Origin: an uncultured Anaeroplasmatales bacterium | GTDB lineage: Bacteria; Bacillota_I; Bacilli_A; Acholeplasmatales; WRBM01 | Assembly: GCA_964478425.1 (NCBI GenBank) | Contig: CAYZIB010000001.1 | Coordinates: 15,100-79,099 of the forward strand | Direction: 5' to 3' | DNA: 64,000 bases | Shown here: positions 1 through 10,284 of the stretch, piece by piece | Position numbering within the stretch: position 1 is the stretch's first letter | Layout: every line of letters starts with the position of its first letter | Translations under genes and position numbers: made by a program | The notes under the pieces: model-generated | What the model was told of the DNA's origin: nothing | Database searches by the model: none | Seen by the model: the letters and a program-made list of their open reading frames with translations, nothing else

Positions 1-593
1 TGATTAATAAAGGATATTCTATTTTAAATGATATTCAAATATTAATTCCTATGTATAAAGGAATTAATGGAATAGATAATATTAATTTATTAATAGAAAA
101 TGAGTTTAACAAAAATGAAATAATAACAAATTATCAGGATAAAACATATAAAATTGGTGATAAAGTATTACAATTAGTTAATAATCCTATAAAAAATATT
201 ATGAATGGTGATATTGGAATAATTATTAATATAATAAAAAATGATGATAAAGATATTGTATTTGTAAAATATGATGATGTAATTATCAAATATGAAAAAG
301 AAGAATTAGAAGAAATTACATTAGCATATGCTATTAGTATACATAAATCTCAAGGAAGTGAATATCCTATTGTAATTCTTCCTATTGTTAAAAGTTATTC
401 TATAATGTTAAAGAAAAAATTAGTTTATACAGCAATCACTAGAGCTAAAAAAAATTTAATTATTTTAGGTAATTTAAATTATTTAGAGTATGGAATTAAT
501 AGTTCAGATGAAAAAAGATATACTTATTTAAAAAGTATGTTACAAAAAAATGACAAATTACCAAATATTTCCCCTTATGATTTTTTAAAATAA
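1..593 (+). CDS. recD2: RecD2/YrrC-like ATP-dependent DNA helicase, C-terminal part (5' end lies outside the window)
   Basis: The frame is open from nt 3 to the TAA at 591-593. It carries SF1 helicase C-terminal motifs 'LAYAISIHKSQGSEYP' and 'VYTAITRAKKNLIILG'. Confidence 0.8.
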   Translation, partial: INKGYSILNDIQILIPMYKGINGIDNINLLIENEFNKNEIITNYQDKTYKIGDKVLQLVNNPIKNIMNGDIGIIINIIKNDDKDIVFVKYDDVIIKYEKEELEEITLAYAISIHKSQGSEYPIVILPIVKSYSIMLKKKLVYTAITRAKKNLIILGNLNYLEYGINSSDEKRYTYLKSMLQKNDKLPNISPYDFLK

Positions 594-621
594 GTTTATA
601 CTAATTTTGGAAGGTGAAATA

Positions 622-774
622 ATGAAAATGTTTGGATATATTGTTTTAGGTTCAGCAGCTACTTTATTTATTCAATATATGATTTATAATAAGGATACAT
701 GCCAAACTGCTTTTGATAAAATTCAAAAAGAAAATAATAAAGCTATGTGCTGGATGAAAAATAAATTTAAATAA
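622..774 (+). CDS. Small hypothetical membrane protein (50 aa), missing from the ORF track
   Basis: ATG 622 follows GGAAGGTGA (609-617). The product is MKMFGYIVLGSAATLFIQYMIYNKDTCQTAFDKIQKENNKAMCWMKNKFK, with one N-terminal hydrophobic helix. A hairpin plus T-tract follows directly. Confidence 0.5.
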   Translation: MKMFGYIVLGSAATLFIQYMIYNKDTCQTAFDKIQKENNKAMCWMKNKFK

Positions 775-777
775 AAA

Positions 778-803
778 TCAAAGAATTTTTCTTTGGTTTT
801 TTT
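778..803 (+). terminator. Rho-independent terminator after the small ORF
   Basis: Stem TCAAAG/CTTTGG with a 7-nt loop, followed by T7. Confidence 0.6.
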
Positions 804-844
804 ATATTATTTTAAAATAATTCATAAAATATATTGGTGATATA

Positions 845-1837
845 GTGTTAAAATATAGGGAATATTTAATTAATTTAGGATTATTATTTTTAGTTATTTT
901 TTTATTTTTTATAGTTTTTCCTTATGTTTCAAAATTTTTAATTTTTTTATATGATATTTCTAAACCATTAATTATTTCGTTTGGGATAAGTTATATTTTC
1001 CATGATTTAGTTGATAAACTAGAATTAAAAAAAATTAATAGAGTTATTTCTGTAATAATTATACAGTTAATAATAATTATTTTTTTAGTTTTATTTTGTT
1101 ATATTTTTTTTCCTATAATTTATTTGGAATTTTCAAATTTAATTAATAAAATTCCATTATTATCTGTTAATTTAAATAATCTATTTGCAAAATTAAATCT
1201 TAATTATGATAATATATATTTTAAAAATATTATATTAAAATTGTTAAATAATTTAAATGTAAATAATATTTTAAATGGTTTAAGTAAAAAAACATATTTG
1301 TTATTATTGCCGATAATAAGTGGGTATATGTTATATGATTTTAATAAAATAAAATATTTAATTAAAAAATTTACAAATAAAAAAATAAAGTGTTATAATA
1401 TATTAAGGGAAATTGACTTAGAGCTAAAAAAATATATTAAAGGAACATTTATAGTTTTTATTATTTTTACATTTGTTTCAATTATTCTTTTTTTAATTAT
1501 TAAGTTAGATTATCCTGTTTTAATGGGGTTTGTTATTGGATTAACAAATATTATTCCTATAATTGGTCCTTATATCGGATTAATAATTGTTTTGTTATTT
1601 ACAATAAGAAAATCATTTAATTTAGTTTTAAAGGTTACAATTATTATTACTTTATTACAAGTTATTGAATCATATTTTTTAACCCCTTATATTCAAAGTA
1701 AAATTATAAAAATCAATCCATTAGTTATTATAATAAGTTTTATATTTTGTTCTAAACTATTTGGATTTATTGGAATAATATTATCTATTCCTATTATTAT
1801 ATCAATTAAAATAATTTATTTAAATTTTAAAAGTTAG
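845..1837 (+). CDS. AI-2E family (UPF0118/PerM-like) transporter
   Basis: GTG start after GGTGA. The protein is polytopic, with the family-typical 'NIIPIIGPYIGLIIVLLF' segment. Confidence 0.7.
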   Translation: MLKYREYLINLGLLFLVIFLFFIVFPYVSKFLIFLYDISKPLIISFGISYIFHDLVDKLELKKINRVISVIIIQLIIIIFLVLFCYIFFPIIYLEFSNLINKIPLLSVNLNNLFAKLNLNYDNIYFKNIILKLLNNLNVNNILNGLSKKTYLLLLPIISGYMLYDFNKIKYLIKKFTNKKIKCYNILREIDLELKKYIKGTFIVFIIFTFVSIILFLIIKLDYPVLMGFVIGLTNIIPIIGPYIGLIIVLLFTIRKSFNLVLKVTIIITLLQVIESYFLTPYIQSKIIKINPLVIIISFIFCSKLFGFIGIILSIPIIISIKIIYLNFKS

Positions 1838-1850
1838 GAGATGTATATAT

Positions 1851-3200
1851 ATGAATAAAAATTATAATAAGGAAATATATAAAATATTACAAAATCCAAC
1901 AAAAAATAATTTAAAATTATTAAATAAATATCATGAAAGTGATGTAGCAGATGTATTTATTTTATTAACAAAAGAAGAAAGATTAAATCTTTATCAAAAA
2001 ATTGATATTGAATATATTTCTAATATGTTCACATTTTTAGATGATGCATCAGAATATATAAATGAATTAGATGAAAATAAAGTAGAAAAAATCATTAATC
2101 AAATGGATGCTGATGATATTATCGATATATTAGATGATGTTGATGAAGATAAAAGAAAAGAATACTTTGATCTTTTAGATAAAGATATGCAAGAAGATGT
2201 TAAGTTAATTAATTCTTATGATGAAAATGAAATTGGTAGCTTAATGACAACAAATTTTATTGTATTAAACAAAAATATATCTATTAGACAAGCGATGAAA
2301 AATATTATTGGTTTAGCTCCTGAAAATGATAATATCAATATTATTTATTTTAAAAATGATGATGAAACATATTTTGGAGCAATCACATTAAAAGATTTAA
2401 TTATAGCAAGAGAAAATGAATTATTAATTGATAAAATTAAAACAAATTACCCTGTTTTATATGATATTGATAAAATAGAGGATGTAATTGAAACAATAAA
2501 AGAATATAATCTTGATTCAATACCAGTATTAAATAAAAATCATGAATTGATTGGTATTTTAACATCTGATGATATAATTATTGCTTTAGATGAAGAATTA
2601 AAAGATGATTATGGTAAAATGTCAGCTTTAAGTGGTGATTTTGATATTAATGAAAAAGTTTTTGAGGGTGTAAAAAAAAGAATTCCTTGGCTATTTACTT
2701 TGTTACTTTTAGCATTTGTTGTATCATCTGTAATATCTTCTTTTGAAGAAGTTTTAAAAGAATTAACCATAATTGTATTTTTTCAATCACTTGTTTTGGA
2801 TATGGCTGGAAATGTTGGGACACAATCGCTTGCTGTAACAATCAGAGTGATTTCTGAAGATTTAAATAAAAAAATATGTTTTAAATTATTGGGTAAAGAA
2901 ATTAAAGTTGGAATAGTTAATGGAATAATTGTTGGATTTATAGCATTTTTACTTGTAGTATTATTTTTATGGTTATTAAAAAATAATGAACTTAATTTTT
3001 CACTTCAAGTTGGATTTATAGTATTTATATCATTAATTCTTTCAATGTGTTTTTCAGCATTTATTGGATCATTTATTCCAATTGTTTTAAAAAAATTAAA
3101 AATTGATCCAGCTGTTGCTTCTGGTCCATTTATTACAACATTAAATGACTTATTAGCTATTTTAATATATTATGGTATTGCAGCATTTTTATTACTTTAA
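1851..3200 (+). CDS. mgtE: Magnesium transporter MgtE
   Basis: It has an acidic N-domain, a CBS pair and a TM domain with 'DMAGNVGTQS' and 'ASGPFITTLNDLLAI'. Confidence 0.9.
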   Translation: MNKNYNKEIYKILQNPTKNNLKLLNKYHESDVADVFILLTKEERLNLYQKIDIEYISNMFTFLDDASEYINELDENKVEKIINQMDADDIIDILDDVDEDKRKEYFDLLDKDMQEDVKLINSYDENEIGSLMTTNFIVLNKNISIRQAMKNIIGLAPENDNINIIYFKNDDETYFGAITLKDLIIARENELLIDKIKTNYPVLYDIDKIEDVIETIKEYNLDSIPVLNKNHELIGILTSDDIIIALDEELKDDYGKMSALSGDFDINEKVFEGVKKRIPWLFTLLLLAFVVSSVISSFEEVLKELTIIVFFQSLVLDMAGNVGTQSLAVTIRVISEDLNKKICFKLLGKEIKVGIVNGIIVGFIAFLLVVLFLWLLKNNELNFSLQVGFIVFISLILSMCFSAFIGSFIPIVLKKLKIDPAVASGPFITTLNDLLAILIYYGIAAFLLL

Positions 3201-3204
3201 ATAA

Positions 3205-3252
3205 TAAAAAAACTAATTATTGTGTTATTTTCAATAATTAGTTTTTATTTTT
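3205..3252. terminator. Bidirectional terminator between convergent mgtE and the lipoprotein gene
   Basis: 12-bp stem AACTAATTATTG/CAATAATTAGTT, flanked by an A-tract upstream and a T-tract downstream. Confidence 0.75.
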
Positions 3253-4782
3253 TTAGTAATTAGTTACACCTTCAGGTTTAATTGTAACTTTTTGTCCTCC
3301 TTTACTATCAATAGCACTTGTAATAAATCCATCTATTAAAGGACAACCATATGAAATTGTATTAGAACTTGTCATAGGAACTCGATAATTTTTACCATTA
3401 ACTTCTCTTAATAAATATGCACTTTCATAAACTGTTTCTCTTACTAATGTATTTGTTTCTGTAGATCTACTACCTTCATTATTTACTTGGTCAATTGCAT
3501 TAACTCTTTTAAATATTACTAATTTATCATAATCAGTATAAGTAGTAGAAGTATCAGAATAACTTTTTAAAGGAAATGAAAATTCAGGACTAAAGAAATC
3601 AGCAGGATCATCCCAATTATATTTTTTTCTTATTTCAACACTTTCTGGTAATGTTGATTTTTCAATTACTTCAATTTGAAGTTGGGCATAATCATATCTT
3701 GTAAAATAACAAATCATACGGATTTTATCACCAGCAAGATAATAATATTTTGAATCAAAATCATTCCAGTTTGCCCATAAATTTAATACACCATTTCCAT
3801 AATCACCAGTTTGAGCAACACCATATTTATTATCATGATCAGCATAAGAACCTAAGTCATAATCTTTATATGTTATATATCTCCAAAATGGTCTCCATGC
3901 ATAACTTCCTTTTGATAAGGTTGTTCCATCAAATGATACTAAAGACATTGTAATACCAACATCAGATTCATTCCATGCAGTACCACCTAAATAAATTGAT
4001 GGATTATCATAATTTTTTACATTTGGATCAACATCTAATGATTCATCATATGTGGTTTGATAACGATTAATATCAACTGTTGGAATAGTAAATGTTACTT
4101 CAATTCCAAAATTATAATCATAATGTGTTTTTACAGTATAACTCCAGTCACCATTAAAACATTTATTTGAAGCATAATATCCAGAACTAGGGAAATTTCC
4201 ACCTGTCCAAATATCATATTTTTCTAAGATATCATTTTTCTTATTAACAACAACAGTTCTTTTAATTACATTTGATTTATTTCCGTGAGAATCTAATACA
4301 AAAATTTCTACAGTATAAGTACCAGGAACATTTATATCAAAATCACTAGATGAAAATTGAATTTTATTAGTTAAATCGCCATCATCTAAATCAGAAGCAG
4401 TAAATCCTTCAACTATTAAAGCTTCGTATCCTCCTTCGTATTGAGTTAACTCAACTTTACTAACAGTTCCGATATATTTTAATGTTGGTTTTCTATATCC
4501 TGTTATATTTAATGTTCTATAAACAGTTTGATCTTTTAATGTATAATATATTTTATAACTTCCAAGAGCGTTATAATCAACATTAGAATCATCTATTTCA
4601 TAATTTGTTACTGGTGTATCATCTTTATATGCAATAACACCTTTTGTTAAATCAACTTTTTCACCTAATAAAATATTTATTTCTTCATATCCAGTTTGAA
4701 AACCAATATAATATGTAGAATTATCTTCGTAGCATCCACTAAACAAAAAAACAAATAAAAATAATATTAAAAATTTTTTCAA
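3253..4782 (-). CDS. Orphan lipoprotein with two Ig-like (DUF5011-type) repeats and a ~320-aa aromatic-rich C-terminal domain I cannot assign
   Basis: TTG start 7 nt after GAGGAGG. The signal peptide plus lipobox is 'LFLFVFLFSGC'. The repeats 'VDYNALGSYKIYYTLKD' and 'DINVPGTYTVEIFVLDSHGN' look like surface Ig-like domains. Confidence 0.6.
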   Translation of the reverse strand: MKKFLILFLFVFLFSGCYEDNSTYYIGFQTGYEEINILLGEKVDLTKGVIAYKDDTPVTNYEIDDSNVDYNALGSYKIYYTLKDQTVYRTLNITGYRKPTLKYIGTVSKVELTQYEGGYEALIVEGFTASDLDDGDLTNKIQFSSSDFDINVPGTYTVEIFVLDSHGNKSNVIKRTVVVNKKNDILEKYDIWTGGNFPSSGYYASNKCFNGDWSYTVKTHYDYNFGIEVTFTIPTVDINRYQTTYDESLDVDPNVKNYDNPSIYLGGTAWNESDVGITMSLVSFDGTTLSKGSYAWRPFWRYITYKDYDLGSYADHDNKYGVAQTGDYGNGVLNLWANWNDFDSKYYYLAGDKIRMICYFTRYDYAQLQIEVIEKSTLPESVEIRKKYNWDDPADFFSPEFSFPLKSYSDTSTTYTDYDKLVIFKRVNAIDQVNNEGSRSTETNTLVRETVYESAYLLREVNGKNYRVPMTSSNTISYGCPLIDGFITSAIDSKGGQKVTIKPEGVTNY

Positions 4783-5034
4783 AATTATTCCTCCTCTTAA
4801 GGTATTATACCATTTAATAATAAATAATCAATTAAATATATTTGAAAATAATATGAATAATTGAAAACATTTACATGTTCTATAAATAAAAAAAAAGTAG
4901 AATATAAAAATAAATTGGATTATAATCATTTAAGATTATAGATTGTATTATAGTTTAAAACAAATATTTAATATAAATATTAAATACCTAATTTTGGCTA
5001 AAATAATTCTATAAAATTTTTTAGAGGTGTAAAA

Positions 5035-6579
5035 ATGAAAAAGGTATTTAATTTATTAATATTTTTTATTTGTCTTTTTTTATTAACTGGATGTAAGAAA
5101 AATAATAATCCCAAATTAATTGATATAAAATTAACAGATGAAGAATATGCTTTTGTAATTAAAAAGGGAAATAACAAATTAAAAAATGACTTCAATTCAT
5201 TTTTAAATGAAATAAAAGAAGATGGCACATTTGATATGATTATTTCAAAATATTTTTTAGATAGTGGAACAAAAAACGGTTTTAAAATTACAACTCAAAA
5301 TATTACAAATAATGATTCGAATTTCGTAGTTGTAACAAATTGTCCATTTGAACCATTTGAATATATTGGAGATGATGGACTTGCATATGGAATAGATATT
5401 GAAATAGCCTATGAATATGCAAAATCAAGAAATTTAAATTTAGTAATTAAAAATATCGAATTTGAAGCTATTTTAAATGAAGTTGATACGGGTTATGCTG
5501 ATATTGGTATGGCTGGTATGACTATAACACAAGAAAGATTAAATGTATGTGATTTTACAAATACATATTTTAATGCAAGTCAAAAACTAGTTGTTTCTGA
5601 AAATAATCATTTATTTGATGATTGTAAAACAAAAGAAGATGTTGAAGAAATTTTAAGATCATTAGAAAATAAAAAAATAGGTTATCAAATAGGAACAACC
5701 GGTAATTGGTATGTTGATGGTGATGATTCATTTGGATTTAGTGGATATAATAATCTTATATCTACAGGATATAAAACAGCACAACTTGCTATTCAAGATA
5801 TTATGAATGGTTTATTATATGGAGTTATTGTTGATGAAGCACCAGCAAATAGTATTATAAATGGTTTAACAAAACAAAATAGTAAGTTAGAAACATTTTT
5901 AAATGCTATAAATGAAAAAGCATTTCAAAATTTAATTTTAACAGGTTTAAAAAATACTTTATTAATCGCATGCATTGGTTTAATAATTGGTATTATAGTT
6001 GGAACAATTATAGCAATTATTAAAGTTGCTCCTAAATATAAAAAAATAATAAAATTTTTAGATAAAATATGTAATTTATATGTTGCAATATTTAGAGGAA
6101 CTCCAATGGTTGTTCAATTATTAATTGCTTATTATGTTATTTTACCAATATTAGGTATAAATAATATTGAAGCATTAAATGTTGCAATAATTGTTTTTGG
6201 TTTAAATAGTGCATCATATGTATCTGAAATTATGCGTGGTGGATTAAATTCAATTGATAAAGGTCAATTAGAAGCAAGTAGAGCACTTGGTTTAAGCTAT
6301 AATATATCAATGATAAAAATAGTTATTCCACAAGCAATAAAAAATATATTACCAACATTAGGTAATGAATTTATAACATTAATAAAAGAAACATCTGTTG
6401 TAAGTTTTATAACAGTAATTGATTTATATACTGCTTTTAATATGATTGGAACTAATACTTATAGTGTTGTATTTCCTTATATAGTAATGGCTTTAATATA
6501 TATATTATTAGTCATTGTAATTACTTTATTAATAAAAATAATTGAAAAGGGGATGGCAAAAAGTGATAGAAACAATTAA
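5035..6579 (+). CDS. Amino-acid ABC transporter, fused lipoprotein substrate-binding domain (family 3) plus permease (GlnH/GlnP-like)
   Basis: Lipobox 'LFLLTGC'. SBD motifs 'PFEPFEY' and '[12 protein letters not shown]'. Permease EAA-type loop '[28 protein letters not shown]'. Confidence 0.85.
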   Translation: MKKVFNLLIFFICLFLLTGCKKNNNPKLIDIKLTDEEYAFVIKKGNNKLKNDFNSFLNEIKEDGTFDMIISKYFLDSGTKNGFKITTQNITNNDSNFVVVTNCPFEPFEYIGDDGLAYGIDIEIAYEYAKSRNLNLVIKNIEFEAILNEVDTGYADIGMAGMTITQERLNVCDFTNTYFNASQKLVVSENNHLFDDCKTKEDVEEILRSLENKKIGYQIGTTGNWYVDGDDSFGFSGYNNLISTGYKTAQLAIQDIMNGLLYGVIVDEAPANSIINGLTKQNSKLETFLNAINEKAFQNLILTGLKNTLLIACIGLIIGIIVGTIIAIIKVAPKYKKIIKFLDKICNLYVAIFRGTPMVVQLLIAYYVILPILGINNIEALNVAIIVFGLNSASYVSEIMRGGLNSIDKGQLEASRALGLSYNISMIKIVIPQAIKNILPTLGNEFITLIKETSVVSFITVIDLYTAFNMIGTNTYSVVFPYIVMALIYILLVIVITLLIKIIEKGMAKSDRNN

Positions 6580-7387
6580 TTTAACAAAAAGATATAATGA
6601 TCAATTAGTTCTTGATGGAATTAATTTAAAAATTGAAGATGGTAAAAAAATTTGTATTATAGGACCAAGTGGTTCAGGTAAATCAACTTTTTTAAGATGC
6701 CTTAATTGTATGGAAGATCCTGATGATGGTAAGGTCATATTTGATGGTGTTGATTTAACTGATATGAAAGTTGATATTAATAAACAAAGACAAAAAATAG
6801 GAATGGTTTTTCAAAATTTTAATTTATTTAATCATAAAACTGTTTTAGAAAATATCATGTTAGCGCCAGTATATTTAAATTTAAAAGAGTTAAAAAATAA
6901 GAAAAGATATAATTTTTTCTTACCTTTTATAAATATTTTTAAAAAAGAAAAGTTAGAAAAAAAAGAAATATTAAAAAATAAAAAAGAAATATTAGATGAA
7001 ATAAAAAATAATTCTTTAGAATTATTAGAAAAAATTAATTTAAAAGATAAAGCAAATGCATATCCAAGTACTTTAAGTGGTGGACAAAAACAAAGAATTG
7101 CAATCATAAGAACATTAGCGATGAATCCTAAAGTTATATTGTTTGATGAACCAACAAGTGCACTTGATCCTGAAATGGTAAAAGAAGTATTAGAATTAAT
7201 CAAACTAGTTGCTAAAAAAAATATAACAATGGTAATAGTTACTCATGAAATGCATTTTGCAAAAGAAATAGCAGATGAAATAATTTTTATGGATAAAGGT
7301 AAAATAGGAGAAATTGCTCCTCCAAGTAAAATATTCCAAAATCCTGATAATGAAAGAGTAAAAGAATTTTTAAGTAAAGTATTATAA
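6563..7387 (+). CDS. glnQ: Amino-acid ABC transporter ATP-binding protein (GlnQ-like)
   Basis: Walker A 'GPSGSGKST', signature 'LSGGQKQR', Walker B '[11 protein letters not shown]'. A GTG start at 6563 after AAAAGGGGA is preferred over the track's TTG at 6542. It overlaps the permease stop. Confidence 0.85.
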   Translation: MIETINLTKRYNDQLVLDGINLKIEDGKKICIIGPSGSGKSTFLRCLNCMEDPDDGKVIFDGVDLTDMKVDINKQRQKIGMVFQNFNLFNHKTVLENIMLAPVYLNLKELKNKKRYNFFLPFINIFKKEKLEKKEILKNKKEILDEIKNNSLELLEKINLKDKANAYPSTLSGGQKQRIAIIRTLAMNPKVILFDEPTSALDPEMVKEVLELIKLVAKKNITMVIVTHEMHFAKEIADEIIFMDKGKIGEIAPPSKIFQNPDNERVKEFLSKVL

Positions 7388-7418
7388 TAATAAAATAGTT
7401 ATTATTTAGATATTTTTA

Positions 7419-7447
7419 TTTACTTTTTAAAATAAATTTGTTATACT
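7419..7447 (+). promoter_or_regulatory. Putative sigma-A promoter of the alaS leader
   Basis: TTTACT-N17-TATACT with an extended -10 TG (7439-7440). Chance matches are common in DNA this AT-rich. Confidence 0.4.
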
Positions 7448-7451
7448 AATT

Positions 7452-7657
7452 AAGAAATCGATAATAAAAGATAAGTAAATTATATAACTTTTTAAGAAAG
7501 ATAGTGGTTGATGCGAACTATTAAAGATGTAATTGAAAGCTACTTTTAAGAGATACTAATAATATCCGTTGCTGGCGTTAACAGATAAAGAGCTAAGATA
7601 TCTTAGAATTAAGGTGGTACCACGGTAATTCGTCCTTAAATTCTAAGATTTTTTTAT
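7452..7657 (+). promoter_or_regulatory. T-box riboswitch leader, alanine specifier (GCU)
   Basis: The conserved T-box sequence AATTAAGGTGGTACCACGG lies at 7607-7625. A GA/K-turn-like 'CGATAATAAAAGATAAGTA' starts stem I. The specifier loop 'GAAAGCUA' has GCU at 7539-7541 followed by a purine. Terminator arms ATCTTAGAATTAAGG/CCTTAAATTCTAAGAT precede T7, and the element sits directly upstream of alaS. Confidence 0.9.
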
Positions 7658-7677
7658 TTAAAAAAAGGAGTGAATTT

Positions 7678-10284
7678 ATGTTTACAAGTAAGGAAATAAG
7701 AAATATTTGGATTGATTTTTTTAAATCAAAAGGTCATGTTTTAGAACCAAGTGCATCATTAATTCCAAATAATGATCCTACATTATTGTGGATTAATGCA
7801 GGAGTTGCAGCTTTAAAAAAATATTTTGATGGACAAGAAAAACCAATTAACCCAAGAATTGTTAATTTACAAAAATGTATAAGAACTAATGATATTGAAA
7901 ATGTTGGTAATACAGCAAGACACCATACATTTTTTGAAATGGCAGGTAATTTTTCTATAGGTGATTATTTTAAAGAAGAAGTAATTCCATGGGCATTTGA
8001 ATTATTAACTTCAGAAAAATATTTTAATATTGATAAAAATTTATTGTATATGACAATTTATACAAAAGATGATGAAGCATATGATTTATGGGTTAAAGTA
8101 GGTGTAGATCCATCTCATATATTAAGATTAGATACTAATTTTTGGGAAATTGGTGAAGGACCATGTGGACCATGTACTGAAATTCATTTTGATAGAGGAG
8201 AAAAATACGATAAAAGAGGAATAGAATTAATTCAAAATGAAATTGAAAATGAAAGATATATTGAAATATGGAACATCGTATTTTCTACATATAATGCAAA
8301 ACAAGGTGTAAAAAGAGAAGATTATAAAGAATTGCCACATAAAAATATAGATACAGGATGTGGTCTTGAAAGATTATGCTGTATATTACAAGATGCAAAA
8401 ACTAATTATGATACAGATTTATTTATGCCTATAATGAATGAAATCACGAAAAAAACAAATATTAAATATGAAGGTCAAAAAGAATTTAAAGTAATTGCTG
8501 ATCACATTAGGACTTTAACTTTTGCTATATATGATGGAGCAGTTTTATCTAATGAAGGTAGAGGATATGTTTTAAGAAGAGTATTGAGAAGAGCTTTAAA
8601 ACACGCAAAAAAATTAGGTATTAATAAACCATTTTTATATGAATTAGTTGATACAGTTATAAATATTATGAGTGATTTTTATCCTGATTTAGAACAAAGA
8701 AGTAATATAATTAAAGATATTATTAAAAAAGAAGAAGAAAAATTCTTAGAAACATTATCTCAAGGAGAAAAAAAGGTTTTAGAAGTTATTAATAATTTAA
8801 AAGAAGAAGAAATTAGTGGAGAAATAGCATTTATGTTATATGACACATATGGATTTCCTTTTGAATTAACAGAAGAATATGCAAGTGAGTATAATAAAAA
8901 AGTTAATAAAGATGAATTTATTAAAATGATGAACTTACAAAAAGAACGTGCGAGAAATGCAAGAAACGAAATTGAATCATTTAAATCTCAAAACAAAGAA
9001 TTTATGGATTATAAAGAAAAATCTTATTTTGTAGGATATGATACTTTTATTACTAATTCTAAGATTATAAAAAAATTTAATGAAGGAATTGTTTTAGATA
9101 AAACTCCATTTTATGCAACAAGTGGTGGACAAGTTTGTGATAAAGGTACAATTAACAATATTGAAGTTACAAATGTTGTTAAATTACCAAATGGACAATT
9201 TTTACATGTTTTAAAAGAAGATTTATTAGAAGAAAATATGGAAGTTGTTGCTAAAATAGATGTTTTAAATAGAAATAACACAGCAAAAAATCATAGTGCT
9301 ACTCACTTATTACAAAGTGCCTTACAAAAAATTTTAGGAAGCCATGTTCATCAACAAGGTTCTTATGTTGATAGTAGCATCTTAAAATTTGATTTTAATA
9401 ATTATGATTTAGTAAGTGATGAAAAAATATTAGAAGTAGAACAACTTGTTAATAAATTTATTACTGAAAAACATAATATTACAATTAAAGAAATGGATAT
9501 AAATGATGCTAAAAAATTAGGAGCAATGGCTTTATTTGGTGAAAAATATGGTTCTATTGTTAGAGTTGTTGATATGGAATGTTCATTAGAATTTTGTGGT
9601 GGAACACATGTTAAAAACACTAGTGAAATTAATGAATTTGCAATTTTATCTTATGAATCAATTGGTTCAGGAACATATAGAATTGTAGCAACCACAAATA
9701 ATATCTTAAAAGAATTAGAAAATGCTACAGAAACAATAAATAATGAAATAAATAATATAAGTTTAAAACAAGATAAAATAATTAAAGAAGCTAAAAATAA
9801 AAACATAATTTTAGCTAAACCTAATATTATTGATGATATTAATATTCCAAGTTATAAATATGTAATTAATAAAAGAAATTTATTAAATAATTATAAAAAT
9901 GAAACTAAAATATTAGAAAGAAATTATCAAATTGAATTAGAAAAAAATGCATTAAAAGATTTAAAAGATTTTGATAAATATATTATCAATAATAAACTAA
10001 TTGCTAGAAAAGATAATATAGATGTCAATATTTTAAAACAACTTGCTGATGCTTTATTAAATAAAATGGGTAATGGAATTGTATTTTTAGCATCAGTAAA
10101 AGAAGATAAAGTTTATTTTGTATGTAAAAATAATATAAATTTAGATTCAGGAAGTTTAGTTAAAAAAGCTGCCATTATTACATCAGGTAATGGTGGTGGA
10201 AGAAAAGACATGGCTCAAGCTGGTGGAAAAGATATAACAAAAGTTGATTTAGCATTAGAACAAATTAAAGAGGAACTTTTATGA
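7678..10284 (+). CDS. alaS: Alanine--tRNA ligase
   Basis: 868 aa with class II AlaRS motifs ('HHTFFEMAGNFS'), the editing-domain 'HSATHLL' and a C-terminal DHHA1-like 'GGGRKDMAQAGG'. Confidence 0.97.
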   Translation: MFTSKEIRNIWIDFFKSKGHVLEPSASLIPNNDPTLLWINAGVAALKKYFDGQEKPINPRIVNLQKCIRTNDIENVGNTARHHTFFEMAGNFSIGDYFKEEVIPWAFELLTSEKYFNIDKNLLYMTIYTKDDEAYDLWVKVGVDPSHILRLDTNFWEIGEGPCGPCTEIHFDRGEKYDKRGIELIQNEIENERYIEIWNIVFSTYNAKQGVKREDYKELPHKNIDTGCGLERLCCILQDAKTNYDTDLFMPIMNEITKKTNIKYEGQKEFKVIADHIRTLTFAIYDGAVLSNEGRGYVLRRVLRRALKHAKKLGINKPFLYELVDTVINIMSDFYPDLEQRSNIIKDIIKKEEEKFLETLSQGEKKVLEVINNLKEEEISGEIAFMLYDTYGFPFELTEEYASEYNKKVNKDEFIKMMNLQKERARNARNEIESFKSQNKEFMDYKEKSYFVGYDTFITNSKIIKKFNEGIVLDKTPFYATSGGQVCDKGTINNIEVTNVVKLPNGQFLHVLKEDLLEENMEVVAKIDVLNRNNTAKNHSATHLLQSALQKILGSHVHQQGSYVDSSILKFDFNNYDLVSDEKILEVEQLVNKFITEKHNITIKEMDINDAKKLGAMALFGEKYGSIVRVVDMECSLEFCGGTHVKNTSEINEFAILSYESIGSGTYRIVATTNNILKELENATETINNEINNISLKQDKIIKEAKNKNIILAKPNIIDDINIPSYKYVINKRNLLNNYKNETKILERNYQIELEKNALKDLKDFDKYIINNKLIARKDNIDVNILKQLADALLNKMGNGIVFLASVKEDKVYFVCKNNINLDSGSLVKKAAIITSGNGGGRKDMAQAGGKDITKVDLALEQIKEELL

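Noticed and set aside
6832-7203. A 123-aa antisense ORF inside glnQ.
   Set aside because: It is a shadow ORF opposite the Walker B/signature region of a clear ABC ATPase, with no RBS.
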